A DNA stretch of 64,000 bases from a virus (IMGVR_UViG_3300001199_000002:48062-112061); one strand, 5' to 3'. Shown: positions 20,701 to 29,420, counted from the first letter of the stretch. The notes: generated from the sequence alone by a model not told the origin. Made by a program: numbers and translations.

Positions 20701-21372
20701 ATTGGTAGAAGCAATGAGATCCTAACTAACGTTCTACCTGATGCATTAAGCGCACGTATCGCCCAGGCGTTCCGTGATGCTCTAAATACCGCCAAGATGA
20801 CCGTTCCAGGGCTAACTGGTCCTGCGGGCGGAACTCCAACTGTGCAAGATCGTGGAACGGAGATGGCTCAAAACCTTCGTCAGGAAGGAAGCAATAAGGC
20901 TCTACAGCAACAAATCGCTAATCAAGCCGGAACCGCTCCTGCCGTAATGGGTAGTGCGTTCGGCAATGTCCAGGGCAAGGACTCTAACCTGCCAGATTCG
21001 ACTGGTCAGGGTGAGGTCAACAAGAACCTAGCTGACATCCTTAGTGAACTAAAGAGTATCAATACACTGACAACAACTAACAACGAAGTTCTAACCGAGA
21101 TCCGTGATACTTCTGGAGAAACCGTAGGAACCGCGTCTGCGACAGTCGGCGGAACCCAGGCAGCACCAGAGATTACCATCAATATCAACGGAGAGAATCG
21201 CGTTACGGTTACTGGCTTCGAGGCTGGTGTTACACGTATCGCAACTTCACTTAGCGAGACCTTTGGTGGCTTTGCAACCGAGGCTGAGGCGCGCGAAATC
21301 GCAAATCAGGTGGTCGAGGCAATCAGAACTGAGCTACAAAGACTAGGCATTCTACAGCGTAACCAACTCTAA
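14722..21372 (+). CDS. Tape measure protein (2216 aa)
   Basis: Very long Ala/Gln/Glu-rich helical protein with a TP901-type core (ASDVQDAFKRSLASLSATGASMEELVAIV...GDVIGTALKTLASRI) and a hydrophobic AxxGxxFGPWG segment. Confidence 0.9.
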   Translation: MAGEDFTIETKLKIAGVIATGNLDAGTLKFKVDTSALKKLVKDAAKAAESVKTKFDNIKLNKIKLEINQASLRQIEAQIRGAIKNAVGKAKIVIDTSLGKGLQGDPFKAQRNAADKSAESLRNMHQLTKDVNQGLRSLMNTLAKFGGMGPAGPVIQANAPGAGLPLPPGAKVVDLSSIQQEIKAKQRLGDFTELLNQKQRDGIKISQAQEAQFSKVERARLQRIQQLQKEIEALGRKEQQLTGGGAFGSGPPGGGGGGFGGGGGGGRGGRGGSGGFSGGGGGASSVQQLASAMSEVEKATNRAGEEMNELERIAFEVGRKAATFRGVAIAINTVVNASQAAIKFVIQYNDSLKELNKVLQVNDSVLQLIGDKLFGLAKSSGFAVDQTVAIATEFARAGLEGRGYGNVIELTEKALLGVQGTSLDTAQATEIIIQTIQQLEGGARGLGKELITTTKLFDILGKAEDITASKASDVQDAFKRSLASLSATGASMEELVAIVSVLQERTQRGGDVIGTALKTLASRIGSSSSEAAVALKSIGVETVDSEGKLRNIFDVLRDTSQAFEGLSEVEQANISVKAAGIRQVEIFRAALLDFNRVQEVATAGALAEGDARRKQKLEQEKLGSAIIRIQGSLQQLVKTASEGALGKLFAGAITAADQALKFISDLDAAAGGFLSTFAGGAILIGGFKALIPIVKGIFKAFQLFVGSTHEANKNIVSFNSGAGMASVTINSKMNPALATTAATMVQLNREMAAYNQAQELAAIRAQRMAKAQEQAVRELGARGVTDPRRIGARTSQILAADDEKRNRARSEAITSVVHQGGAKGLITAAKTAPDQFSDTERKRILALEKVTEQAKGKITAGFTAIGKTFTTLANHPILTSIGFSLLAGGLDMIAEKTGSTTAKVASSAAQFAGLGAMFGPWGIAIGAVGGALGQLFVEMRKGTGTIEELTKKYTQLGLIQTENGQVGVDAAEKIDKAFKNIAALKGFQLSVQQTGAAREKAANTPGAVEIPDFTSIFQEASRALKEQTGVIMDLSDETLGQIGSEANRFVGSRELDAIVAAYAAIAPSKDDAARLQERVNQIIQETADSMPLDELRAERSKVKDKVTEFLNNVNEVLDNARTGMDSSFEDALQSMAAGDFSEGVKKAITDAMQNAAAGSGPQTRQGTTLRTAGVENLVSQARALGNRSNELNQSGGPSKNARVLAQVQKEAPEMLDAAKKLAIAEKNAAARQAQLESQLAAFSSISTEMLTGAVQIGKSLGRPIDQLQLSMREFISGFANEVMRLKEVTVTAATPQREMAAAMKKLAEEDLANALAKTGLEGGDARLKFESEIQKLVSSPEKLLDEGGKALGQEDQRKVIDAVREMATGLNLAVEQIRTQQVTDPRQQREMLEATLPKGNIRNALSKELLDGIVENAKEFGTKMIELDTGVAEKRIKLNQAAVDDLKETLSQQNKELSVNRQRREIIAQNAAAVLEELTGMRQLVTARVLESRQAQANIAEANNRVATLDKMIAAEKAAIASTKDNTAAKNRLIILEEEQTKEAISLEEMLASERIASIKNTLAVAQEAISVGQREADFQKTIMSGRGDLVDLLIVGEKQIDQFNRKLEQNAQTYRVTQASLASEMAIVNATIQDGAEKEARLSEIRKRGAIAAIDAAKAEAQIVAERRAAAQQLIQEGLANQDEQVAAQKAVIDATAALSDAFTTYREAIQGAIMATTQYRLGLRLAEVETTRITGGFSGIKEQLSAVTDAFRSSEKLAREMGSSEKTLVEIRRQSIDAQLSLFNQLLSQQSGLARQFFQSSAEDQASLFQGIQSAKGVADLLGGSFANFQKMGEGAINDLGAQLLSLPQETRQQVVRSLETLGQVGGATVGGFTPDQLLTAIETASLGVSEEGLDVDPLFEVQKRIADLTEQQAFIATEQLIASQQSVEEAKKQVEEAQATKDLAEIQLERIKEEGAEIRAKLAEVNSDLRTVLLQQDANAKNGFNMVTGIIGRSNEILTNVLPDALSARIAQAFRDALNTAKMTVPGLTGPAGGTPTVQDRGTEMAQNLRQEGSNKALQQQIANQAGTAPAVMGSAFGNVQGKDSNLPDSTGQGEVNKNLADILSELKSINTLTTTNNEVLTEIRDTSGETVGTASATVGGTQAAPEITININGENRVTVTGFEAGVTRIATSLSETFGGFATEAEAREIANQVVEAIRTELQRLGILQRNQL

Positions 21373-22859
21373 TGGCTGACCCAAGAAGCACACTACCAGG
21401 ACTGAACCCAACGCACCTAACAGTAAGTTATGGTGGGTCTATCCTCGTACCTTCACCGCTAATTGCACACTCAGTTCAAATTGAACGTGCTGAGTCTGGT
21501 GACCGTGAGCTTATCAGAACTACGAGAACTCTGACTGGTCAGATTCTGACATCAGGTATCGGCTATCACTACGTTCGTCAAAAGCAACGCGAACTAGAAG
21601 ATGCATTCTCGCTGGACGGTCTAGAATTCAAGATCATTGCAGCGGCAAATCACCCATGTTTGGTTCCAGGGACGCCAATTGAAAGTGGTATCTTTCCAAA
21701 CGTTACATCGATTGAGATTAGAGAAGACACTCAATTCAATCGTCTAGACTATACAATTGTTCTAGAGGATGAGACCGCACCAAGTGGAGTTTCTGGTCTT
21801 GTTCAGAGTCTAAGCAATACATGGACATACGCAGAGAACGATGATGAAGTAGTCATCGACATCACTCATAGCGTTAGTGCCCAAGGTATCAATACTGCTG
21901 TCTCTGGATTGCCATCAAATGCAACTACGAACGCAGTAGCGCGAGTTCGTCAACTACTTGGACTGGCAAATGCACCATCTGGCTTCCCATATTATGCTCA
22001 ACCAGCAAGCGGAAGTAGTGTTCGCTTTTATGAGGTAACAACCTCTCGCGAAGAAAGCATCAATACAGAGGATGCAACATATAACGTAACAGAAAGTTTC
22101 AAGCTTGTTTCTGGTCTGCTACCTTTTAGAGATGAGAGAACTTCTCAATGGCAGCGTGACTCGGAGGGCATTACAACTGTAAGCTTGCAGGGAACCGTTC
22201 GTGGATTCGGAAGAACTAACGATGGTTCAGATGAAGGTAGTAGTCGCTCAAGTGGTGGTACTGGCTTTATCAATGCACTAAGTGGATTCAATAACCTAGT
22301 TCGTCCAGCTTGGACAACCGATGCGTTGTTGGTCTATGGGCGTTATACAGGCTCTGGATCACTAGCTGTCAACAATCCGCAGTCGATCTCGATCACTCAG
22401 AATCCTGGCAATGCCTCAATCGCCTACTCTGTAACCTATACAGACGATGCATCTGAGAACTTACCAAGCGGCATTACAGATATGTCTGTCACGGTTCAGC
22501 GCACCGATCCAGTGGTTGCAAACGCAATCATTGCGGTGCCATTCCGCGCTCTAGGCCCTGTTTTCCAGCGCTTGTGTACAACGACAGAGGGAACATACAC
22601 GATTCAGTGTAACGTAACAGCAACCAACACCGGAAATGAAGTTGTTAACACCAACCGCGCTCTTGAGGTTGCTGAATACGAGATGATTCGTCTACAGCCA
22701 AATCCAGCCGATTACACAGCGCTAAGACTTACTGGTCGCCAGCAGACTATCGATCGAATTAATCGTAGCGTTCAAGTATCGTTTACATGGACGTTTGCAC
22801 AGGACATTGCAACTGTCCCAAGTGACACGGCACCAGTTTCACTAGGACGTATCTCATGA
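21372..22859 (+). CDS. Tail tip/distal tail protein
   Basis: TAATG overlap directly after the tape measure; beta-rich and S/T/G-rich. Confidence 0.5.
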   Translation: MADPRSTLPGLNPTHLTVSYGGSILVPSPLIAHSVQIERAESGDRELIRTTRTLTGQILTSGIGYHYVRQKQRELEDAFSLDGLEFKIIAAANHPCLVPGTPIESGIFPNVTSIEIREDTQFNRLDYTIVLEDETAPSGVSGLVQSLSNTWTYAENDDEVVIDITHSVSAQGINTAVSGLPSNATTNAVARVRQLLGLANAPSGFPYYAQPASGSSVRFYEVTTSREESINTEDATYNVTESFKLVSGLLPFRDERTSQWQRDSEGITTVSLQGTVRGFGRTNDGSDEGSSRSSGGTGFINALSGFNNLVRPAWTTDALLVYGRYTGSGSLAVNNPQSISITQNPGNASIAYSVTYTDDASENLPSGITDMSVTVQRTDPVVANAIIAVPFRALGPVFQRLCTTTEGTYTIQCNVTATNTGNEVVNTNRALEVAEYEMIRLQPNPADYTALRLTGRQQTIDRINRSVQVSFTWTFAQDIATVPSDTAPVSLGRIS

Positions 22860-23383
22860 TCCTACCAACAGTACAATTCATCCAGTTCAACAAGGACGTA
22901 AATCCGTCTGGCTACCGTCACATCGCAGCCAGCGGCATTAAGACCCTTGATACTAGCATCACTGGATGCCTTGAATTTGGCAATGTGAACACTACGACAT
23001 CTGGTCGTATTAGCGATACTAAGATGGCAATTTTCAGAGTCTCAAACTTTGGAAGCGCCTCTGGTGTGTTCAATATGAGGTTCTTCCTCATCAATACGAA
23101 TGCGTTTAATCTTGGTAACTATCGATTCCTAAATCGCATCTCAACACACTGGCAGGGTAATGGCTTTACGCTAAGTCTTGCCGATGCGGATCTTCCTACA
23201 TCAGTTCCAGTTCAGAACGTTCTTTCTACAAGCGGACAACCTGTTCTAAGTGGATTGTTTGATGGCCATGTAAGCCAATACATCTACCTAGCAACCTATG
23301 TTGATACTGACGTGCCTTTCGGTACCTATGGTGGTGCAACAAATGGAACGTTCAGATACCGCATGCTGTATGATTTCTCATAG
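22856..23383 (+). CDS. Minor tail protein (paralog of 23387-23977)
   Basis: ATGA overlap; C-terminus VSQYIYLATYVDTDVPFGTYGG...YDFS. Confidence 0.6.
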   Translation: MILPTVQFIQFNKDVNPSGYRHIAASGIKTLDTSITGCLEFGNVNTTTSGRISDTKMAIFRVSNFGSASGVFNMRFFLINTNAFNLGNYRFLNRISTHWQGNGFTLSLADADLPTSVPVQNVLSTSGQPVLSGLFDGHVSQYIYLATYVDTDVPFGTYGGATNGTFRYRMLYDFS

Positions 23384-23386
23384 CCA

Positions 23387-23977
23387 ATGCCACTCACAGT
23401 CCCAGTCCCGACAATTAGATTCTCTAGTTGGAATAACTCTGAACTAGCAGATCCAGCAGGCACGAGACATCTTGTTTCGGGCGCATTTGCGTATGACAAG
23501 GAACTTGGTCTTGGATGCTCAAACGCTATGTCGTTCAGCAATCTTGTCTTAAGTCTTGCTAATGACGATCCCTATGTTGGATCTAGTGTGGCGGTAGTTA
23601 ACGTATCAGTGCCGAACTTTGGAACACTACAAGCTTCTGGGCTAAATGCCGTCTACAACTTTAGATTGTGGATTCCATCAGGATCTGGAACAGCAATCAA
23701 TCTACCGGGCGCAAGTCTTCAATTCATTACAAGTGGTGTATGGATACCAAACCTAACGTTTCCAAGTGGCTTTGGTCAGACATTCCTTACAACACTGCCT
23801 ACGCAATTTAACCTTAGACGAATCGATGGCAGGTCAGAGCTTGTAAGCTTTAACGATGCCAACGTGAGTGAATGGATCTATATGCGTCTCTTCCTGGACA
23901 GAGATTTTCCAGTAGGAACATATGGTGCCTGTGGGAGTGGATCGCTTAGACCTAGACTCACATTTGATTTCTACTGA
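23387..23977 (+). CDS. Minor tail protein (paralog of 22856-23383)
   Basis: C-terminus VSEWIYMRLFLDRDFPVGTYGA...FDFY. Confidence 0.6.
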   Translation: MPLTVPVPTIRFSSWNNSELADPAGTRHLVSGAFAYDKELGLGCSNAMSFSNLVLSLANDDPYVGSSVAVVNVSVPNFGTLQASGLNAVYNFRLWIPSGSGTAINLPGASLQFITSGVWIPNLTFPSGFGQTFLTTLPTQFNLRRIDGRSELVSFNDANVSEWIYMRLFLDRDFPVGTYGACGSGSLRPRLTFDFY

Positions 23978-23991
23978 TACACCTCGTCTGG

Positions 23992-24004
23992 TTTAGTGTA
24001 TAAC
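23992..24004 (+). promoter_or_regulatory. Candidate late promoter TTTAGTGTATAAC (copy 3)
   Basis: Intergenic, upstream of the 61-aa gene. Confidence 0.65.
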
Positions 24005-24052
24005 TAAACATGGGTTTCCCAGTTCAGAACTAGTTCTTAGGAGGACAATAAC

Positions 24053-24238
24053 ATGGCAACAATTAATGCTGCTGTAAGCAACAACCGTGTCAACCGTATG
24101 CGCATGTCAAAGAGCCGTACACTTTTGCTCTATAGCGATCGTGTAACTGCGACAGATGCATTCGTCGGTGTTGCGCAGTTCGTATCTCGTACTTCGGTAA
24201 CGGAGTTCAAGAGCACGAACCCATTCACGATTGCGTAA
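24053..24238 (+). CDS. 61-aa basic protein in its own transcription unit
   Basis: Strong RBS AGGAGG, own promoter motif and terminator, codon usage like the capsid gene. Confidence 0.75.
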   Translation: MATINAAVSNNRVNRMRMSKSRTLLLYSDRVTATDAFVGVAQFVSRTSVTEFKSTNPFTIA

Positions 24239-24265
24239 GCGGTCTGAGTGGAGAATGGATCTCAT

Positions 24266-24297
24266 ACGGCTACTCCTCACGGGGTAGCCGTCTTTTT
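24266..24297 (+). terminator. Rho-independent terminator
   Basis: ACGGCTACTCC-TCAC-GGGGTAGCCGT followed by CTTTTT. Confidence 0.85.
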
Positions 24298-24312
24298 GGA
24301 TAGGTGGGTAGG

Positions 24313-24831
24313 ATGAAGAGTTGGCTGCTAGATGCAACTATGGAATTAGTGCATTCTCATGATGAGAGTGATACTAGTATCTACACTGTGATCCTGAAGT
24401 TTAAGGATCTATTCGGCAATGACCGAAAGCATTTTGCCACAGCAGAACTTCCGAAATCTCAAGTCCTTCAGACAAGGGTATCGTTTACGGCAATGTCAAG
24501 CATCAGCGCAAGACTAGCATTGGTTGAAGCTGTCATGGATGGAAAAGTCCGTGTCATGTTTTCCGATCGTACCGTAGATGCTTTGAATCCTTACAATTTT
24601 CAAATCAAACGTGGACAACTAGTACATCTAGTAGAACATCTAGATATCGTAGCAAACGAGGGAACACTATGTGATGTTGTAGTCCCACACAACATTCCAT
24701 TCTCACCAGAAGCTCTTTGTCTTCAGTCTGTGAACGCTGATCTATTGGATGACGCAGGTAATCTTCTCTATCGTCTAAGTGCTGATTCTCTCCCAGGAGG
24801 ATGTTTCGGCGCACGAGTGATCAATCAATGA
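24313..24831 (+). CDS. Hypothetical protein
   Basis: 172-aa ORF, ATGA-coupled to the next gene. Confidence 0.65.
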   Translation: MKSWLLDATMELVHSHDESDTSIYTVILKFKDLFGNDRKHFATAELPKSQVLQTRVSFTAMSSISARLALVEAVMDGKVRVMFSDRTVDALNPYNFQIKRGQLVHLVEHLDIVANEGTLCDVVVPHNIPFSPEALCLQSVNADLLDDAGNLLYRLSADSLPGGCFGARVINQ

Positions 24832-27800
24832 CAAGAGAATGGCAACCAAACGGCAGCAACTATGACTACTGGCGCAGTGACAATCCACTGATCCAGGGTT
24901 GGTGGCGTTTCGGCGGTGTTAATCCAAAGAACAACTTCCAGACTCCAGAAGAGAAGAGTGCGACTAACTACCTCTCTGGTTTGCTAGTTGACTCTGGTCC
25001 ACAAAAGCATCACCTTAAGCCATACTTCTTCGGAACACAGCCAGCCGACTCACAGGTTTTGGTTCCTGTTGCAAGTATTGCACCTTGGGATCCAACCGGA
25101 AGCGGTCTTCAGTTTAGATGGCTTAACACAGCAGACAATAAGATGTTGTTTGTTGATCCATCTACCGTATTAGAGCAAAACTCATCCACTCATGGTACGT
25201 TTGGTCACGGCGCACCAATGTATTCTGGTTTTACTGCTATTGCTTGGCTAAAGCTTACAGAGAAAATACCAGAGAATCTTGGAGAGCAATTTATCTTTGG
25301 TAAGTCAGATCAAGATAACGGCGGTGGTGCTGCTGGTGTTTGTTGGCGTATGACATGGCAGCAAAATACTGGTGACTATGCGCTAAACTTTACTTGGCTT
25401 AGTGCTGCAAACTATATCTTTCCACCAGGAGCTACTCAGGTAGCATCAACAAGACTTACTAGTAGTCTTGCAAAATTTCCATCTGCTGGTAACGTAACAG
25501 TAATTCAATCTCCTAATTTTCCCAAAGATAGAACACAGGCATTTTTTGTTGCATGTCAATTTCGTAGAGAGAATGTAGAGACGAACAGATCGTTTACCAA
25601 TAACGGTAGTGGTATTCTTACGGTCTATATTGGCACGGCAGCCAGTGGTATCATACAAACCAATACTCAGTTTGTACGCGGAAGTGATATTTCTAACATC
25701 TTCAGATCGCCAACACTAGCTGGAAGACCAATTACCATTGGTTCTGAGGGCCATCCAAGAACAAATAGCACAGCTAGCAATAGACATCTTGCTAGTGGTT
25801 CTATTATTGACGAATTCGTATACGTGTCCGATGGCTATCTATCTAATGATCGTATTGCATATTATGCATTGAGCGGTATTCGAAATATCGAAACATCAAA
25901 TCCAGAATCTAGTGGATTCGTACCACAGTTTCCTGCTGACGATGGACTAGTAGCATATTGGAGCTTCGATGAAAATGATGGTGCCAATACCGCCCCAGCT
26001 ACAGCAAATGATCCAAGACTATATCTCTCACTAAGCGGTGTAACAACTTTCGTAGATGGTATTCGTGAAGGTCGCGCTGTAAGAGTAACAAGTAGCAATA
26101 CAGTAAGTAACACATCTGATGGTGGAACGCTACTAGCTTCTAATAGCTATCCAGCAATTCCTCCACAAAGTGGTTTGTCACTTCTTTTCCCAAGTGGACA
26201 AAGTATAGACGAAGGCATGACCATCATTGGATGGATGCGATCTGTTCCTACTGGAAGTAACCTTGGTGGCGGCGGCTTTGGATGGCTTGGTACTGCTGGA
26301 AGACACAACGCATTCTTCGCAGAGAGCATCACAGGAACCGTAACATCTAATAGAAACGTTTTGTCAGTGCAGGCTCACGTAAGTGGTGCTGGTTTTTCCC
26401 CACTTCCAAACTCACGAATGACTAGCTATGCCTCAACTGCATCTGCTAACGATCGTCCTGGGTCAGCACTTGGTTTGACTAACGCATCTACTATTGTAGA
26501 ACAAGAATTTGATCGCGGCGATGATGGTTGGCACCTATGGGCTGGTGTGTATGACCTAAAGGCTGGTCAGATGTATATGGTGCGCGACGCTAAACATCTA
26601 ATCCAGATGACCCAGCAGATTCCTTCAGCGTCTGGATGGTCTTCTACTGGTCTAGGAATGAATGGTGGTTTCTTTGGATTCTTCAATGTTACCAGCACTC
26701 GATCAGTAGAGTTCGATGACTTTGCAGTCTATAATCGTATTCTAACTATTCCAGAAATGTCTGGATATGGCCTGCAAGGAATCTTGAGTGATGCGCCAGA
26801 TCCATTCATGTCTACTCCAATGAAGTCTCTAGTTGGTTACTGGCCAATGGATGAGATTGTCAACTATGATCCAACTGGTGTGTCTGGATATCGAATTGAT
26901 GACCATAGTTGGTATCGCCACCATCTAACAAATCTAAGTGGCACATTTTCAACTAGCACTCGCCTCAATACAGAACAGGCAGAATTCACATCTTCACTCC
27001 AGATTGGCCTAAGTGGTTCAATGGTTTCTCTTGAGAGGGTATTCACAGGATCGAATCTAGATGGTTCGAATTCAGACACCTTCTCATTGAGTGGTATATC
27101 TTTCGGAACGTGGCTCTATCTACCATCTGGAGACCTAGGAACTCTAGGTCAGGGAAGTAGCGGACTATATGGAGATCATATGGTTATGGGCTCTTGGTCT
27201 CAAGAGCTTGCAGAGCGCTCTTGGTTCCTCGGTATTAGAGACAATAAACCACACATCAAGATCGTTACGGATTCATTGTCAGAACTTGAATACACAGGTA
27301 ATGATACTGTGCCATTCAATACTCCATTCTTTCTTGGAGCTAATATTGGACCGTCTGGATTGACTCTTCGTGCTCAGGTTGTAATTGCTGAAATTGCAGA
27401 AATTGACGCAGTAAGATATACAATTGATGAAGTATTTGGTTTGGACTCAACCGTATTGAATCCATGTGGCGCAAGTGGTATTAGCTTCCTAAATGCACCA
27501 AATCTAAACTATGGATTCCCACAGACAACTAGAATTGGTATCGCATTTGTCCATATCGGAACGCAAAATGCTGGTCAGTGGATCGCAACCAAGCGTTCTG
27601 GTGCAGATGATATTGTTCTAGGAAGTGGTGCAGTATCAACATCAGATCCAGCGAATATCTCATTGTGGCATCTAGATACTCAACTTCAGCCGCTGCATGA
27701 CTTTGGTAGAGAACAAAACAGACTAACTCTCATCAACCTAGATGCACACGGAGTTGGACTCTCTAGAGCGATTCATACTAGCGGTGTTATCATTCGTCAA

Positions 27801-29420
27801 CCAGAGTATCTTGATACACTTGCTAGCAATCCAGGATCTAGAAGACTAGACCTTGGCTCTGGAACTCAATCATGGACACTCTTGGGTTGGGTAAGACCAA
27901 ACGAGACTCCTTCAAATACCGATCGCCACGTTATCATGAATAAGGGTGGTGGTGATGATGATACTGGTTCTGGTATTCAGGTCTATACACCAGCAGATGC
28001 GCTAACCTTAGTTTCACACGCTAAGGACGCGGATGTTGCTAGTCAAAACGGTGACCTAATTCCAGGTGCATGGAACCACATTGCAGTTGTGTTCGATCGC
28101 GATAACAATCAGTTTACAAACGTTATCAATGGTCGCTATGCTGGTTTGACGCAAAAAACACTAGTTGAAACACCACCAAACAACTCAGGATTCATTCTCG
28201 GTGGTCGTGGCGACCAAGAGAGTAATGCACTTGCGGGCGGCAGTGCTTTCTCTGGTATCCTAGATGACTTCATGATCTTTGCTAGAGCGCTAACACTACC
28301 AGAGATTTCAGGTCTTGCAGCAAACTCGTACAACTATGCAGAATCACCAAACGATCCAGTAACTGGATACTTCGGTGGCTATCTAAGTGGTCTAGAGCAA
28401 CAATTGGTATCTGGCCTAATAGGTTCATTCTTGCACGGTCAAGCTCAAGACTTGGCGTTGTTCGGCGGTTATCTCAGTGGTGTGTCTGGTCATATGGACC
28501 ATATTGGTGGATTCATTCACGGAATGGGTCAGGTAAGTGGCTTGTTCGGTGGCTATCTACACGGTCTTGGTCAAGTAAGCGGACTATTTGGTGGCTTCTT
28601 GCACGGCATGAATATCGCAAGCGGAATCATAGGCTCATACCTAATTGGCGCTGGCGAAGCTCTATCCGAGTTCGATATCACCTTCAATTTCCAGATTGTT
28701 GCCGCCAGAGATTTCGATAGCCGACTAGAAGTTCTAAAGAGTGCTCATCATAACTTCGACGCTATGCTTGGTGTCGTAAGAATCACACAACCACCAGAAT
28801 GCGCGCTACAACTACCTCTTGTTGGTCTAGTTGCATCTGGCGTACCATATACTCTAACAGTATCTGGAAGTGGATGGGCATACGAAGATAAGAGTCTATC
28901 GAAGGTAAGATTTACGTTCGCCGACTTCAAGGGCGCTGAGAGTGGTATCCATATTGGCGGACTGCCTAATAGCGGTCTATACATGGCGACCAGAACATTC
29001 GACACTCCAGGTTGGTATACAATTAAGATGGAATTGACAGACAGCTACGGTTATCGCCATAGTTGTGTTCGTCCATTCTTGCTTGTTCCATCAGGATCTA
29101 CGTCTGGTGCGTATCTAGCAACACTACCAGGAGTCGCATTCTCTGCAACTCCAACTACAGGAAGCACTATCCAAAGGGTGCTCTTCACCTATGGATTGTC
29201 GGGTTTGGCAACTACAAGTGGATTCCTAGAATACACCGACTTTGCCGATCAGCAAGAGAGTTTATTGAATGGACTGGAAATGCCATCAGGCACACAATTC
29301 GTGAGCTTCGTGCGCGAGCATGATTACACGATGCCTGGACAGTACCGCCCAGTGTGGGCTGTCAGCGGCTCATGGGGAGTGGTTTCTGATTCAATCTCTG
29401 CTGGTATCGACTACACATGA
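24828..29420 (+). CDS. Large tail/virion protein with about four LamG/concanavalin-like domains and a C-terminal PKD/Ig-like region
   Basis: Domain starts LIQGWWRF, LVAYWSFDE, LVGYWPMDE, ISLWHLD. Domain ends FDDFAVYNRILT and LDDFMIFARALT; also WNHIAVVFDR. C-terminal HDYTMPGQYRP. Confidence 0.8.
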   Translation: MTREWQPNGSNYDYWRSDNPLIQGWWRFGGVNPKNNFQTPEEKSATNYLSGLLVDSGPQKHHLKPYFFGTQPADSQVLVPVASIAPWDPTGSGLQFRWLNTADNKMLFVDPSTVLEQNSSTHGTFGHGAPMYSGFTAIAWLKLTEKIPENLGEQFIFGKSDQDNGGGAAGVCWRMTWQQNTGDYALNFTWLSAANYIFPPGATQVASTRLTSSLAKFPSAGNVTVIQSPNFPKDRTQAFFVACQFRRENVETNRSFTNNGSGILTVYIGTAASGIIQTNTQFVRGSDISNIFRSPTLAGRPITIGSEGHPRTNSTASNRHLASGSIIDEFVYVSDGYLSNDRIAYYALSGIRNIETSNPESSGFVPQFPADDGLVAYWSFDENDGANTAPATANDPRLYLSLSGVTTFVDGIREGRAVRVTSSNTVSNTSDGGTLLASNSYPAIPPQSGLSLLFPSGQSIDEGMTIIGWMRSVPTGSNLGGGGFGWLGTAGRHNAFFAESITGTVTSNRNVLSVQAHVSGAGFSPLPNSRMTSYASTASANDRPGSALGLTNASTIVEQEFDRGDDGWHLWAGVYDLKAGQMYMVRDAKHLIQMTQQIPSASGWSSTGLGMNGGFFGFFNVTSTRSVEFDDFAVYNRILTIPEMSGYGLQGILSDAPDPFMSTPMKSLVGYWPMDEIVNYDPTGVSGYRIDDHSWYRHHLTNLSGTFSTSTRLNTEQAEFTSSLQIGLSGSMVSLERVFTGSNLDGSNSDTFSLSGISFGTWLYLPSGDLGTLGQGSSGLYGDHMVMGSWSQELAERSWFLGIRDNKPHIKIVTDSLSELEYTGNDTVPFNTPFFLGANIGPSGLTLRAQVVIAEIAEIDAVRYTIDEVFGLDSTVLNPCGASGISFLNAPNLNYGFPQTTRIGIAFVHIGTQNAGQWIATKRSGADDIVLGSGAVSTSDPANISLWHLDTQLQPLHDFGREQNRLTLINLDAHGVGLSRAIHTSGVIIRQPEYLDTLASNPGSRRLDLGSGTQSWTLLGWVRPNETPSNTDRHVIMNKGGGDDDTGSGIQVYTPADALTLVSHAKDADVASQNGDLIPGAWNHIAVVFDRDNNQFTNVINGRYAGLTQKTLVETPPNNSGFILGGRGDQESNALAGGSAFSGILDDFMIFARALTLPEISGLAANSYNYAESPNDPVTGYFGGYLSGLEQQLVSGLIGSFLHGQAQDLALFGGYLSGVSGHMDHIGGFIHGMGQVSGLFGGYLHGLGQVSGLFGGFLHGMNIASGIIGSYLIGAGEALSEFDITFNFQIVAARDFDSRLEVLKSAHHNFDAMLGVVRITQPPECALQLPLVGLVASGVPYTLTVSGSGWAYEDKSLSKVRFTFADFKGAESGIHIGGLPNSGLYMATRTFDTPGWYTIKMELTDSYGYRHSCVRPFLLVPSGSTSGAYLATLPGVAFSATPTTGSTIQRVLFTYGLSGLATTSGFLEYTDFADQQESLLNGLEMPSGTQFVSFVREHDYTMPGQYRPVWAVSGSWGVVSDSISAGIDYT
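28364..28650 (+). repeat. Seven degenerate ~14-aa repeats, consensus SGxFGGYLxG
   Basis: GYFGGYLSG, GLIGSFLHG, LFGGYLSG, HIGGFIHG, GLFGGYLHG, GLFGGFLHG, GIIGSYLIG. Confidence 0.8.
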
